From positions 1-35,552 of the IMG/VR virus record IMGVR_UViG_3300020045_006710: a stretch of 35,552 nt of DNA. One strand, written 5' to 3'. This DNA comes from a virus (lineage: Duplodnaviria > Caudoviricetes). Shown here in pieces: positions 24,830-34,179 of the stretch. Every line of letters starts with the position of its first letter. Position 1 is the first letter of the stretch. The position numbers and the translations under genes were made by a program. Below the pieces are notes generated by a model that saw only the letters and a list, made by a program, of their open reading frames with translations, did not search any database and was not told where the DNA came from.

Positions 24830-26577
24830 TAGCCAACCTCAACATAAAGTTGTACAGTTGTACCGCTGTTTACAGTTGCCCCTGATACGTTACGCAAGAT
24901 AATAGCAATCTCATTGGCATTGGCTCCGCGCGTCACCACTTCCGGTATTAAGCCGGTAAAATTGATATTTTGTACATTAATTCTATTTGAGCCTGAATCA
25001 ACCCATGGACTGTAACAGTATAGCGTCAATAGCTCATTAGCCAGCACGTTAGTGGCTAATGTATAAGTTAGTGCGTACCTCGTGTCGCTAATAGGCAGGC
25101 CGCCATTGAACGACGCTCTCGCATTTGCCACAGATGATGCTACGTAACTAGCTGTGTTTATATTAGACCCGCTGCCCAGTGTTTTATAGCTATTGCCTTG
25201 ACCGTTAATAGCTACTTCACTATAAGACTGCAAGTTACTAGCTACGCCAAAATAAGCCTCAAGACCATTAAATAACCCAGCCATCCAAACGCCACCCGTC
25301 GCAGGGAATCCGCCCATCCAAGTTTCACATTTGAAGATAAGTCTTGGCACGATTTGCGCGGTGGTGTTGGATAAGCCAATCGCACCAGCTTTATTGGCCG
25401 GGTCAATCGCCTGAAATACGGCCTTATTGCTATCCCATGCAGGAGTTGAACCGGTGGCAGCCATATAAAACAATAACGCCTTGTCGCACTGGACAACAAA
25501 ATTACAATAAATTTCATTGCCCTGCATAACTGCTTGATTAATGCCTGAGCCATTACCGGCGCTAAATACAAATGCTGCGCGGCTATTACTCACTAAGTGA
25601 CACGTTATTTTATTGTCTAGACAGTGATTATAACTGGCGGACAAGGTTTCCAATACCACGCCATCACCTGGACAACTAGCAATTGACTCTATGTTTAAGT
25701 CAACATAGTTAGCACCTTTGAGTTTAAAGCAAAACGCGTTAAACGAATACATGGTCGGGAAATTGAATTTCATCCCGCCATAGTTTCCTGAATCAAATAT
25801 GAAGCCTTGTTGCTGACCTAACCCATTGATGACAATGCCCGGCTTGCATTCAATTGGCGTTGCATTGGTTAATGTAACCGCTACACCAGCCGGAGTGCCG
25901 AAGTAATTTTGGCCTAAATATGTGGTGACTCTATTGGCTGCGCAAGCGGTAACGCACTTTTGGATAGCAGGAAAGTCTGTGCCGCCGATATAAACATCCG
26001 GTGCAGCGCCAAACCATTCGGGATAAGCGCGGACGATATTTTTGCCGAATACCACATTGCCAAGCCCGGTAAATATCTTTTGATGTGGCGCGTCCAGCTG
26101 TCCGTTGATTGTTAGCGTAGCGCCAGCGCTAATGCTAATTTGTGCACCGTCCATGATGGACATGGCTGATGAGATAGTGAGATTTGACGCAACGACATAC
26201 GCGCCTGTGGATTTAGGGACGATGAAGGAGCCAAGCGCGTCCGCTTTAACAAAAGCCGCTCTATCATCTATAACGCCATTGCCAACCGCGCCTTGGTCAC
26301 GGATGTTGCCGTATTGCACGGTGGTGTTGATATAGACTGGCTGGTCTGAACTATTAATTACACCAGTGCCGGTGACAGTGATTGAGTAAATACCGGAGTT
26401 TATATAAAACTGGAATTTACCGTATAAATCGGTAGTGGTGCTTGAGCCAATTGGTGTAACACCGTTATCAGAATAAAGCGTCTGAACTGCGCTAGTGTAG
26501 TAATCTCGAACAGTGACGACAGCGCCGCTGATGACATCACCGTTTTCGTTTTGAACTATGTCACTGTAATAAATCAT
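24829..26577 (-). CDS. Tailspike-like protein, pectin-lyase-type beta-helix
   Basis: N-terminal attachment domain (TTD..G.F.FY...G.Y), GAVGNGVIDDRAAF, PEWFGA, N/G/S-rich body. Confidence 0.75.
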   Translation of the reverse strand: MIYYSDIVQNENGDVISGAVVTVRDYYTSAVQTLYSDNGVTPIGSSTTTDLYGKFQFYINSGIYSITVTGTGVINSSDQPVYINTTVQYGNIRDQGAVGNGVIDDRAAFVKADALGSFIVPKSTGAYVVASNLTISSAMSIMDGAQISISAGATLTINGQLDAPHQKIFTGLGNVVFGKNIVRAYPEWFGAAPDVYIGGTDFPAIQKCVTACAANRVTTYLGQNYFGTPAGVAVTLTNATPIECKPGIVINGLGQQQGFIFDSGNYGGMKFNFPTMYSFNAFCFKLKGANYVDLNIESIASCPGDGVVLETLSASYNHCLDNKITCHLVSNSRAAFVFSAGNGSGINQAVMQGNEIYCNFVVQCDKALLFYMAATGSTPAWDSNKAVFQAIDPANKAGAIGLSNTTAQIVPRLIFKCETWMGGFPATGGVWMAGLFNGLEAYFGVASNLQSYSEVAINGQGNSYKTLGSGSNINTASYVASSVANARASFNGGLPISDTRYALTYTLATNVLANELLTLYCYSPWVDSGSNRINVQNINFTGLIPEVVTRGANANEIAIILRNVSGATVNSGTTVQLYVEVG

Positions 26578-26617
26578 CGGGTCGCCTTAAAGTTTGGGCA
26601 TCCTTGCCCGGTGGTTG

Positions 26618-26956
26618 TTATGCTCTTAGAAGCGGTTTAAAAACAACTGCTGTCCAAGTTTGTGCTGCTGGCGGGGTGATGTCTTTTTCAGTGGTGTTAG
26701 TCCACGTTACCGTGATGGTATTGGCTGTAATCACTGAGCTGGCCAGTTTTAAGCCAGTCGGAATCACATAAGCATCACGAGGCGAAAAGCCCACGTTATT
26801 ATCTGTAACCGCTAAGCCGGTAAAAGTGATAGACGCTGGTGCGGTGGTCGCACCAGCAGCTAATAATGATCCGCCATTAATAGCATAGGTTGAGCCGGAC
26901 GTGTAAGTGACAATCGGGAGTACGGGTGTTAAGCCGCCGTAATTTTTATCAGGCAT
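26618..26956 (-). CDS. Putative capsid decoration/auxiliary protein
   Basis: 112 aa T-rich beta protein directly after the coat gene. Confidence 0.55.
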   Translation of the reverse strand: MPDKNYGGLTPVLPIVTYTSGSTYAINGGSLLAAGATTAPASITFTGLAVTDNNVGFSPRDAYVIPTGLKLASSVITANTITVTWTNTTEKDITPPAAQTWTAVVFKPLLRA

Positions 26957-26982
26957 GAGAGCATCCTATATTCGTTTAAGAT

Positions 26983-27000
26983 GCCCGGCTTGCACCGGGC
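26983..27000 (-). terminator. Hairpin after coat gene (attenuator or mRNA stabiliser)
   Basis: GCCCGG-6 nt-CCGGGC; weak U tract. Confidence 0.45.
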
Positions 27001-27010
27001 TTGAAAGCTA

Positions 27011-28249
27011 TTAGCCGCCGACTCGAACTGCAAGTTCAGGATAGACGGTTTTCCATCCGTACAGCACGTCAAAACGAACCGGGAATTGGTCGGAGTTGAT
27101 GTCATACTGTCTAACCATCCGCATCGCCATGCCTTTGTAGTTGGCTCTTTCCGCCATATCTACGCCGCCCGGTAACAACAAGTCTGCTGTGGCCAAAGTA
27201 AAAGCGTCTTTATGGTAGGCTAAGTTTTGGTCGTAAGGCGTTGCAGTGTTTGGCGTAGTCCAAGTAATGTTTCCAGTCAATGTGCCTGTAACAGTTTGGA
27301 ATTGACCGCTACCGACATGAGGAGGATAAACAGATGCGGTAGTTGCACCGATTGGTGCGTCTGCCGTTAAAACAAACTGTTGTAAACGACCTGTTGACTG
27401 TCTGGATTGCGGATTGACTGCAAAGATCCCGGCAACAGTAAACACAGCGCCTTTAGGAATAGCGGCTGTTGCTACGGCTGCGCCGAATGTCACAGTGCTA
27501 GAACCAGCGGTGAACGTAGCGGTAGTTGTTGCGCCAGTAAATGCACCTGCTGCAAATGATGCAGTGTTAGCATCTTCCGCCCAATCAAAACCCAACACTT
27601 TTGAACCAACTGATGCATCGCCAAAGATTTGGCTTAACTTTTGTTGACTGTTGAACTGTGTCGCTACCATTGGAGTGATTGCGCCAACTGTTGAGCCTGG
27701 GGATAACACAAGGCCGCGTTGACCGTCTTTAGGTACGCCGGATTCAGTCAAGATTGCATTGGCTGCTAAGATCCCGCTCTGCACTTGTGCTGCTGTCGCA
27801 GTACCGCCAGTCAACAACCCTGCCGTGCCATAACCTGCGCCATTCGCACCGGCATAAACTAAGCGGTTGATGTCTTTAAACAGCTGCATGCCGTCATAGT
27901 CTATTTTATTGGCAATAGTTGCCATAGCTGGCTTCAAGAAGCGGTCGCTAAACTCATCGATATGCAAAGTTAAATCTTGCGAACTAAATGAAATATCAAC
28001 GCCGAATTGCTCGGTTAAGGTGATCGGTACGAAAGATTCTGTTGAGCTTTCAACCTGTAACGCTTGGCCGGATCGACCAACATAGCGAGGCGGTTTGCGT
28101 GCGTTGATGGTCGCGCCAATCTTGGCACCGGCTACGCCGAATTTATCGTCGTAATCGCGGTTGACGTTCTTGGTAAATGTTAAATCATTTTCCAGGATCA
28201 TCAACGCTTCTTTCATGATGATGCTGGACGTAAGTAAGGTATTAGGCAT
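27011..28249 (-). CDS. Major capsid protein (P22 gp5-like)
   Basis: N.LLT...I.KEAL..LEN.L, KIG.TI..RKP.RY, F..R.LKPA...IAN.ID, RFDVLYG....PELA. Confidence 0.9.
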   Translation of the reverse strand: MPNTLLTSSIIMKEALMILENDLTFTKNVNRDYDDKFGVAGAKIGATINARKPPRYVGRSGQALQVESSTESFVPITLTEQFGVDISFSSQDLTLHIDEFSDRFLKPAMATIANKIDYDGMQLFKDINRLVYAGANGAGYGTAGLLTGGTATAAQVQSGILAANAILTESGVPKDGQRGLVLSPGSTVGAITPMVATQFNSQQKLSQIFGDASVGSKVLGFDWAEDANTASFAAGAFTGATTTATFTAGSSTVTFGAAVATAAIPKGAVFTVAGIFAVNPQSRQSTGRLQQFVLTADAPIGATTASVYPPHVGSGQFQTVTGTLTGNITWTTPNTATPYDQNLAYHKDAFTLATADLLLPGGVDMAERANYKGMAMRMVRQYDINSDQFPVRFDVLYGWKTVYPELAVRVGG

Positions 28250-28281
28250 GGAAAACTCCGTCTTTATTCAAAGGGATTAAG

Positions 28282-28309
28282 GCGTCATCACGACGCGGCC
28301 CAATTGGGC
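28282..28309 (-). promoter_or_regulatory. Two short palindromes in the scaffold-coat intergenic leader
   Basis: GCGTC-ATCAC-GACGC (28282-28296) and GCCCAATTGGGC (28298-28309). Confidence 0.5.
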
Positions 28310-28318
28310 ATTTAAAAA

Positions 28319-29179
28319 CTATCTTTTTTGAGCCTTACGCAATCGAATATACTCGGCCATGTCTTTGGCTTCGCTTATATCGGTTACTACGGCTGCTTGT
28401 TTGGCGCTCCCTAATGGAGTGATCGGTTTTGGCGCATTGGACACCGTTTTTTTAGCCGGTTCCAAAGATGGTGATGCAGTGATAGTTGCTTCTAGCTTGC
28501 CTAGATAGCGTAAGGCTTGCGGCTCTGACATTTTGCCTATTTTGTCTAATTCGCCTGGGTTTTTACCCAGGTAATAAGACAATTCAACAGGATTGTCGGA
28601 GTCGAATAACATTGTTTTAAAAGCGTCAACCGTGGCGAGCGGGTGCGTTAGAAAAGCCTGCTCTGCTTGTGCATAGTCAGGGTGCGCCTGTTTTGCCGCT
28701 TCTTGTAATGTTATAACATTACGCTGTTTTTCCTGGATTATAGCTGTTTTTTGCTGTTCTGCAAACTTTTGCTCGACTTTATAATCAGTTAATGCGATGA
28801 GATAGTCGGGATCGTAGATTCCTGCATCAAAATCGTCCGGGTTTGGTGGCGTATCGGTATCGTAAACAGGTGCTTTAGGCTGCTCAGGTTGTTTGCCGGC
28901 TTGCAGCTCTTGCAATCTCAGTTCCAACGCAGCGGCTTTGGCTTGCGCTTCTTGCCTGCCACGCTCAGCCTCTGACTTAGCGGCGGTGAGTTGATTCATG
29001 CGCTTTTGTACGCGCTTTGAATACTGCTCTTCTTCGTTTGGTTCCGCTTCCGGTTGTTCTGGCTCGTTAGTCTCTTCCTGGTCGTTATCTTCTACGACCT
29101 CTTCAATGACTTGCTCTGCCTCCGGCGCTTCGGGTGCTGGCGCGTCTACGATAATGGTTTCACTGTTTACGGTACTCAT
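28319..29179 (-). CDS. Scaffolding protein
   Basis: Between portal and coat; acidic N-terminus, VQKR..QLT coiled coil, YYLGKNP, S.APKPI.P. Confidence 0.85.
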   Translation of the reverse strand: MSTVNSETIIVDAPAPEAPEAEQVIEEVVEDNDQEETNEPEQPEAEPNEEEQYSKRVQKRMNQLTAAKSEAERGRQEAQAKAAALELRLQELQAGKQPEQPKAPVYDTDTPPNPDDFDAGIYDPDYLIALTDYKVEQKFAEQQKTAIIQEKQRNVITLQEAAKQAHPDYAQAEQAFLTHPLATVDAFKTMLFDSDNPVELSYYLGKNPGELDKIGKMSEPQALRYLGKLEATITASPSLEPAKKTVSNAPKPITPLGSAKQAAVVTDISEAKDMAEYIRLRKAQKR

Positions 29180-29198
29180 TGCATGCCTCCGGGCAAGG

Positions 29199-31244
29199 TT
29201 ATTGCGTCATTTCTGACGGTTGTTCGGTATCTTCGTCCGTATCTTCTATCTCGCCATCATTAGGCTGTGACAGGGTTTGTGCCATTGATTCAATAGCAAT
29301 CTTGTGGCATAGGTCGGTCGATTCTAGTGCTATTTTGTGCTCAACTTCTAATCGCTTGGTTTGTGCATTAAAACGATCTATTTCCAGCTTTTCTTCAACG
29401 CCTTCGGCCTTTTCTCGGTAGATTTGCAGTTCTTGGCTAAGATGCTCTACCTGATCGGCCATTTCATTCATCTGCTGCTCGATTTCTGGCGGCACTCCCT
29501 TCTTTCCACCTTCTTCCGCCTCAATCGCCTGCAGGATCGCTGGTGGCAATGCCAGCTTTTTACGCTTGGCAATCTCTTCGGCTCCGGGCCAGTCCATGTT
29601 TGATATGATTAAATCGCCTGCAACTTGCATCAATGTGGGATCGGCTTGTACTAGCTGCATTTGAGACTCGGCCGCTTCCATGCGTTTTGTGGCATAGCTT
29701 GGGCCTGTAGTAACTACAACGTCATACTTACCAACGCCGATATTATAAATGCTTTGGATTTCGCCGCTATCATCTTCAATTTCAGTCTTGGCTTGTTGCT
29801 GAGCTGGGTCAAGCGTTACGCTCTTTGGTGTTCCATCTTCGCCCAACATACGCGCTACGCGCTTGGCATCGTAAAGCTTGACAGCCATTTCGACAATGAC
29901 CTTGCCTGCGTGCTGAATGGATCGTGCAAGATTGTCAGCGAAGTGAAAATTCCCTGTGCTGGATTGTCGCTGCTGACTAAGGATGGCTTTGCCGGATTGG
30001 TTTGATTCATGATTGCCCATTGCCGCATCAAACATGCCCATCGTGGCCTTAATGTCCAGCTCGGCACGGTTCATCGCTGCCTCAAAGCCCGGGTTGGTTC
30101 CGGGGGGAGCTTCGCGGCGTGGTGGCGGCGCGGTAACGCCTGCGGTAGTAACTGGATTGTAGGTTAGGACAGACACATTGAGTCTGTTCGCCATCTGCCA
30201 CTCGTTTTCATAGCCATCTAATTGGCCTTCGGCGGCGATGTAAGGAGCTTTAGGCGCAAGCGCTAGCACTTCGGCATTAGCACTTTGGAAAAAATTGTAT
30301 AGTCTTGCTGGGTCTTTGGCGTGGCGCGTCAATCCGTGTAGGTGCCTGCGGCCTTCAATCCATACTTCGGAGCCATAGACTGGGAAAACGGGGATATATT
30401 GCGTTGGTAACTCGGTTTCTTCGATGACTTGATTACCAGCAATCTTGTACCATTTACAAACCTTCTCTTCGCTTTGTCGCTCTTTAACAATCAGCTCTTT
30501 GTATTCGTCGGGGATTTCGTCTGACCATGCTACTGAGCCGTCTTGCAATTGTGCCAGTTTGCGCGGCTTGCACTCTATCTCAAAATATTCAGCCACTCGC
30601 ACAGTATCGCTGGTGTACCAGCCAATTGCATCGCCTGATGCGGCATCGTTAAAGCTCGAAACATCGGCATCGGGAAAGCTGCGCTCAAAGTCGTCTCTTG
30701 TCCATTCTTCAATGATGATGCACTTGGTTGCATCGCTTCCATCTGCCTCGGTTGATTCCGGGTCAAAATAGACTTTGAACGGATCAACAACGCGCTTAAT
30801 CTCAATGTCTTGGTCAAAGGTTTCCGGGTCGCAATAGCGGGTAATGATGCGAAAATAGCCTAATCCTGTATCAACCTGCCATTCGGCGGCTGTGTCATAG
30901 GCGATGGTGGCATTGGACACGTCTTGTATATGGCGAATAATGCCTTGCAGTACTTCGGCGGTGTCGATGTCGGCTTTGTCGTCAACAGGTCGCACCTTGA
31001 TCGATGGGCTATTTTGCCGTATCTCATTGATAACCTGGTTTCTAAACTGGAACAAACGGTTGATGGTCAGCATGGGCCGCTCAGCCCCTGGTTGCTCTCT
31101 GTCGCGCTTAACGGATTCAGGCCATTGCTCGCCAAGGCGCACGAATTTAACGTCATCAAGGCGCTCCCTGCGCCCTTTTGATTCACTGTCTGCTGCCAGT
31201 GCGAAAAATTTGTGGACTTTTGCGATTAGTTTGTCGTCTGCCAT
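29199..31244 (-). CDS. Portal protein (P22 gp1-like)
   Basis: D..F...GEQW, RP.LTINRL, V.N..RQN, KDP.R.YN, SG.AI...Q, GKYDV.V.TGPSYATKR. Confidence 0.9.
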   Translation of the reverse strand: MADDKLIAKVHKFFALAADSESKGRRERLDDVKFVRLGEQWPESVKRDREQPGAERPMLTINRLFQFRNQVINEIRQNSPSIKVRPVDDKADIDTAEVLQGIIRHIQDVSNATIAYDTAAEWQVDTGLGYFRIITRYCDPETFDQDIEIKRVVDPFKVYFDPESTEADGSDATKCIIIEEWTRDDFERSFPDADVSSFNDAASGDAIGWYTSDTVRVAEYFEIECKPRKLAQLQDGSVAWSDEIPDEYKELIVKERQSEEKVCKWYKIAGNQVIEETELPTQYIPVFPVYGSEVWIEGRRHLHGLTRHAKDPARLYNFFQSANAEVLALAPKAPYIAAEGQLDGYENEWQMANRLNVSVLTYNPVTTAGVTAPPPRREAPPGTNPGFEAAMNRAELDIKATMGMFDAAMGNHESNQSGKAILSQQRQSSTGNFHFADNLARSIQHAGKVIVEMAVKLYDAKRVARMLGEDGTPKSVTLDPAQQQAKTEIEDDSGEIQSIYNIGVGKYDVVVTTGPSYATKRMEAAESQMQLVQADPTLMQVAGDLIISNMDWPGAEEIAKRKKLALPPAILQAIEAEEGGKKGVPPEIEQQMNEMADQVEHLSQELQIYREKAEGVEEKLEIDRFNAQTKRLEVEHKIALESTDLCHKIAIESMAQTLSQPNDGEIEDTDEDTEQPSEMTQ

Positions 31245-31269
31245 GTCTCAGCCTTTATTTGTTTGATAC

Positions 31270-31281
31270 ATTATAACACTA
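31270..31281 (-). promoter_or_regulatory. Extended -10 promoter TAGTGTTATAAT upstream of portal
   Basis: Identical to 17345-17356. Confidence 0.6.
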
Positions 31282-32496
31282 CATCCAGGATCCTGTGGTC
31301 ATAACTACCTTTTGCCGGTCACTTGGCACTCGTGCCTTGCGGATGCCTTCGCAAGCATAGCGCAGCGCATCAATGACGTGGTTGTGCTTATCTTCAAGCA
31401 CTGGCAATATCATCATTGTTAGCGGATCGGTTTTGTAGCTATACATCGTCAACTCTTTGATTGTCTCAGTGCAGCGCGGATGCACGATAATGTCGAAGCT
31501 CTTTAGAAACTCAACGCCATCAGCCACGCTATTTGCGCCTTTTTTGGCATAGGTAATCTTTGGATAGCCATGCTTTTGTAGGTGGCTAATTGTCTCGGGT
31601 CTTGCACTATCGGCGGTGATGAACCATTTATCTGAGTCAGGTATGCGGCGCAGTAAATCGGGTGTGTTAACGATCTCACAGCCAACCATCACGGCCTCGT
31701 AGTCTATATATAGTGCGTTACCATCTAATGAGCAGCGTACAAATGCAGTCGGGTCGATAGCAAAGCCAAAGTCTAAGCCTTGTCTAAAAACAGTACCTTC
31801 GGGCCGTTCAAACTCTTTAACTATCCAGTTTTTAAAGACACGCGCTTCGCTGTTTTGTTTATATTCGCCCAGCCAAACGTGACAGTATTTGTCGTGGTCT
31901 CGGCGTTTGTCATACTCCATCTCTTCGCGTAGCACATCGGGCAGCCACGGGTTATCCATGTAATTGGCCTGGACAACAACAGCGTCAGGTGGTGGATTAT
32001 CGCCGCGCAATAGCGTGTCAATGGGGTCTGTGTCTAAGTTTGGGTTCCAGGTGAACCAAAGCTCTGACCCTGGTTTTCGGATCGTTGGCCTAAGCAAGTC
32101 TAAGCTGCGCTGGCTAAGACTCTGCGCCTCTTCCACCCAGGCCACGTCATAACCTTCGAGTGATTTAATTGAGTCTGCTGTGTGGTTTTGCATGCCTTGG
32201 AACAGGATAAGGCCGCCGTTTTTGCACTTGATGACAGCCTCTTGTATATCAAACAGGTGTTCAACACCCAAAGCATCAATCTTTATCTCAAGCAACTTTT
32301 TTACTGACTGGCTGAGGGATTTTTGAATCTCGCGGACACAGACAGCATTGGTCTTTTGCATGATGCAGCGCTCAATAAGCATCTCGGCAAAAAAGTGCGA
32401 CTTGCCTGATCCTCGACCGCCGTGCGCACCTTTATATCGGCTAGCGACCAATAGCGGCTTAAATGCTCTAGGCGTTTGTATCGTTAGCTGGGTCAA
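31279..32496 (-). CDS. terL: Terminase large subunit (PBSX/Terminase_3 family)
   Basis: HGGRGSGKSH, WVEEAQ, PTIRK.GSE.W.TWNP, GLDFGF..DP, ADSARPETI, NH.IDALRYA. Confidence 0.95.
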   Translation of the reverse strand: MTQLTIQTPRAFKPLLVASRYKGAHGGRGSGKSHFFAEMLIERCIMQKTNAVCVREIQKSLSQSVKKLLEIKIDALGVEHLFDIQEAVIKCKNGGLILFQGMQNHTADSIKSLEGYDVAWVEEAQSLSQRSLDLLRPTIRKPGSELWFTWNPNLDTDPIDTLLRGDNPPPDAVVVQANYMDNPWLPDVLREEMEYDKRRDHDKYCHVWLGEYKQNSEARVFKNWIVKEFERPEGTVFRQGLDFGFAIDPTAFVRCSLDGNALYIDYEAVMVGCEIVNTPDLLRRIPDSDKWFITADSARPETISHLQKHGYPKITYAKKGANSVADGVEFLKSFDIIVHPRCTETIKELTMYSYKTDPLTMMILPVLEDKHNHVIDALRYACEGIRKARVPSDRQKVVMTTGSWM

Positions 32497-32725
32497 TGAT
32501 GACTCTGTTGATGGTGGTGATGGATAATTCGCCGTCTATGTTGGCATCAATTTCAGTCGGTGCGTTAGATATAACCTTGTTAAGCAGGAACTTAGCTGCG
32601 TCCACCTGAGTTGATGACATGTCGATTTCGCCATTTGCATGATTTTGCAAGCGATTTATGAGCTGACTAGCCTGGATTTTATCCTTAACCATTTGCTGAT
32701 GTCGTGGGTTGAGTCGCGCTGCCAT
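32468..32725 (-). CDS. Terminase small subunit (putative)
   Basis: Directly upstream of and overlapping terL; KIQASQLINRL..HA.G...M...QV.AA..LL.K. Confidence 0.65.
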   Translation of the reverse strand: MAARLNPRHQQMVKDKIQASQLINRLQNHANGEIDMSSTQVDAAKFLLNKVISNAPTEIDANIDGELSITTINRVIIDPANDTNA

Positions 32726-32828
32726 AATAGTGTTGATTTGTTTAAATGACATTTATATAGCACAACTGCGACGTGTTGTCAAAATGTGACGTGGTTATCA
32801 TTTATTTCAATCACATCAAAAATAATAT

Positions 32829-32857
32829 TTGACACATAAATGTTTTTATGAAATACT
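32829..32857 (+). promoter_or_regulatory. Sigma70 promoter with palindrome in the spacer
   Basis: TTGACA-17 bp-AATACT; CATAAA-N4-TTTATG at 32835-32850; AT-rich upstream. Confidence 0.7.
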
Positions 32858-32894
32858 GTACCCAACAAATCAGAAACCAACCGGAGTAAATAAA

Positions 32895-33152
32895 ATGAAA
32901 ACATTAACTATAAAATATAACGCATCTGTATTAGTGGCTGCTGGCTGGCGCTCAATTGAAATAACTGCAATAGCAGAGCCAAACAAAACTGGCAAAAAAG
33001 CAACAATAATAGAAGTTATTAATATTGACGGAAATGGCGTTGGCGGATATGCGTCAAGAACTGGTGCAAATCGTCAAAAATATAACACTGACTATATCGC
33101 CAAACGCGAAATTGGCACTGTAAAAATCGTATCAAAAGTTGAGGTGGTATAA
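32895..33152 (+). CDS. Hypothetical protein
   Basis: GGAG RBS; first gene after the promoter. Confidence 0.7.
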   Translation: MKTLTIKYNASVLVAAGWRSIEITAIAEPNKTGKKATIIEVINIDGNGVGGYASRTGANRQKYNTDYIAKREIGTVKIVSKVEVV

Positions 33153-33301
33153 TGAAGCGTAAATCAGACAGCGCTACGGCCATGCCGCGCATTACACCGG
33201 CCATGTCATTTGAGAATGAACAGCTTATGGTCATGGTTATGAAAAAAATGAACAAACTTTATCAACAACAAGCGGAGCAAAGAAATGTACAAAATAACTA
33301 A
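33152..33301 (+). CDS. Hypothetical protein, 49 aa
   Basis: Read manually (MKRKSDSAT...); GAGGTGG RBS, TAATG overlap. Confidence 0.55.
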   Translation: MKRKSDSATAMPRITPAMSFENEQLMVMVMKKMNKLYQQQAEQRNVQNN

Positions 33302-33395
33302 AAACGGCCGGGTAGTTGCACAAATCAATCAATACGCTTGCACTATTGACGTGCTGCAAGCGCTTTTGAATGGTGGATGGGGGATTGAGATATGA
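33285..33395 (+). CDS. Hypothetical protein, 36 aa
   Basis: Read manually (MYKITKNGRVVAQ...); GGAG RBS, ATGA overlap. Confidence 0.5.
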   Translation: MYKITKNGRVVAQINQYACTIDVLQALLNGGWGIEI

Positions 33396-33592
33396 TGCAA
33401 TACATAGACACAATGCATGATGGAATAACATTGTCAACGGCCTTTAAAGTGTCTGATGGTGAGGTTACGTTTGAGCGGGTCATGTTATGCAGTCATGATG
33501 TGTGGGGGTTACTGTCTCATGAAATTTTAGATGAGATTGAGTCGGAAATTTATAAACAGATGGATAATAGAGGCGATGATTATGACAGATAA
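33392..33592 (+). CDS. Acidic hypothetical protein
   Basis: ORF in tightly packed operon. Confidence 0.6.
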   Translation: MMQYIDTMHDGITLSTAFKVSDGEVTFERVMLCSHDVWGLLSHEILDEIESEIYKQMDNRGDDYDR

Positions 33593-33776
33593 AAAGTATT
33601 TTTTATGCACGTCATGTTTCAAAGATAAGCCAATTGAGCAATTGGCTTATGTGAATGGACGGTCAAAATCCTGTTTCTCGTGCCAGCCAAAAATAGGCAA
33701 AAAAACAGGCAGGGCACCGTCTTATCGAAATGGTTACAGCTCCGGTAAATCCGGCGACTATCTATCAAAACTCTAA
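33582..33776 (+). CDS. Small Zn-finger protein
   Basis: CTSC...CFSC; GAGG RBS. Confidence 0.6.
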   Translation: MTDKKYFLCTSCFKDKPIEQLAYVNGRSKSCFSCQPKIGKKTGRAPSYRNGYSSGKSGDYLSKL

Positions 33777-33781
33777 AAAGC

Positions 33782-33806
33782 AAAGCCCGGATTAACCGGG
33801 CTTTTT
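33782..33806. terminator. Bidirectional terminator
   Basis: AAAGCCCGG-ATTAA-CCGGGCTTTTT between convergent genes. Confidence 0.8.
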
Positions 33807-33813
33807 AATGCGT

Positions 33814-34170
33814 CTATTTATTTTCAAATAAATTTTGTTTTAACAAATAACCTTCTAGTTGCCATATTTTATTAGCTGCATTTTCACGGGCTATCTTTTG
33901 GCCTATTTCAGCGTCAAAGTTTTCAGGACTTGCGCAAGCTGACTCGCCGGTAACGGTAAAGCCGTTCTCTAAAACGATAACGCAGAAAGTTAAAAGTGGC
34001 AGTGTGCTATGTACAAACATCATTTCTGGGCCGCTGTTTTCATTGTGCGCCATTCTTGCGCCTTGGCTAGCGGTAAAATAATATTCGTGGTGTATCTTTG
34101 ACTTAATTAAATCAGGCGTAACACGCGGAGCTGTCAACCCTTTATCAATAATTTCTTGCTCTATATTCAT
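33814..34170 (-). CDS. N4 Gp49 / Sf6 Gp66 family protein
   Basis: KGLTAPRVT, LTFCV.VL.NGFTVTGESACASPENFDAEIG.KIA..NA..KIW.LEGYLL. Confidence 0.85.
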   Translation of the reverse strand: MNIEQEIIDKGLTAPRVTPDLIKSKIHHEYYFTASQGARMAHNENSGPEMMFVHSTLPLLTFCVIVLENGFTVTGESACASPENFDAEIGQKIARENAANKIWQLEGYLLKQNLFENK

Positions 34171-34179
34171 CTTTTTACC

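Noticed and set aside
12835-32152. Many + strand ORFs in the late region
   Set aside because: Antisense shadows of well-supported structural genes
32782-32817. CRP site
   Set aside because: TGTGA and TCACA half-sites are present but not at 6-bp spacing
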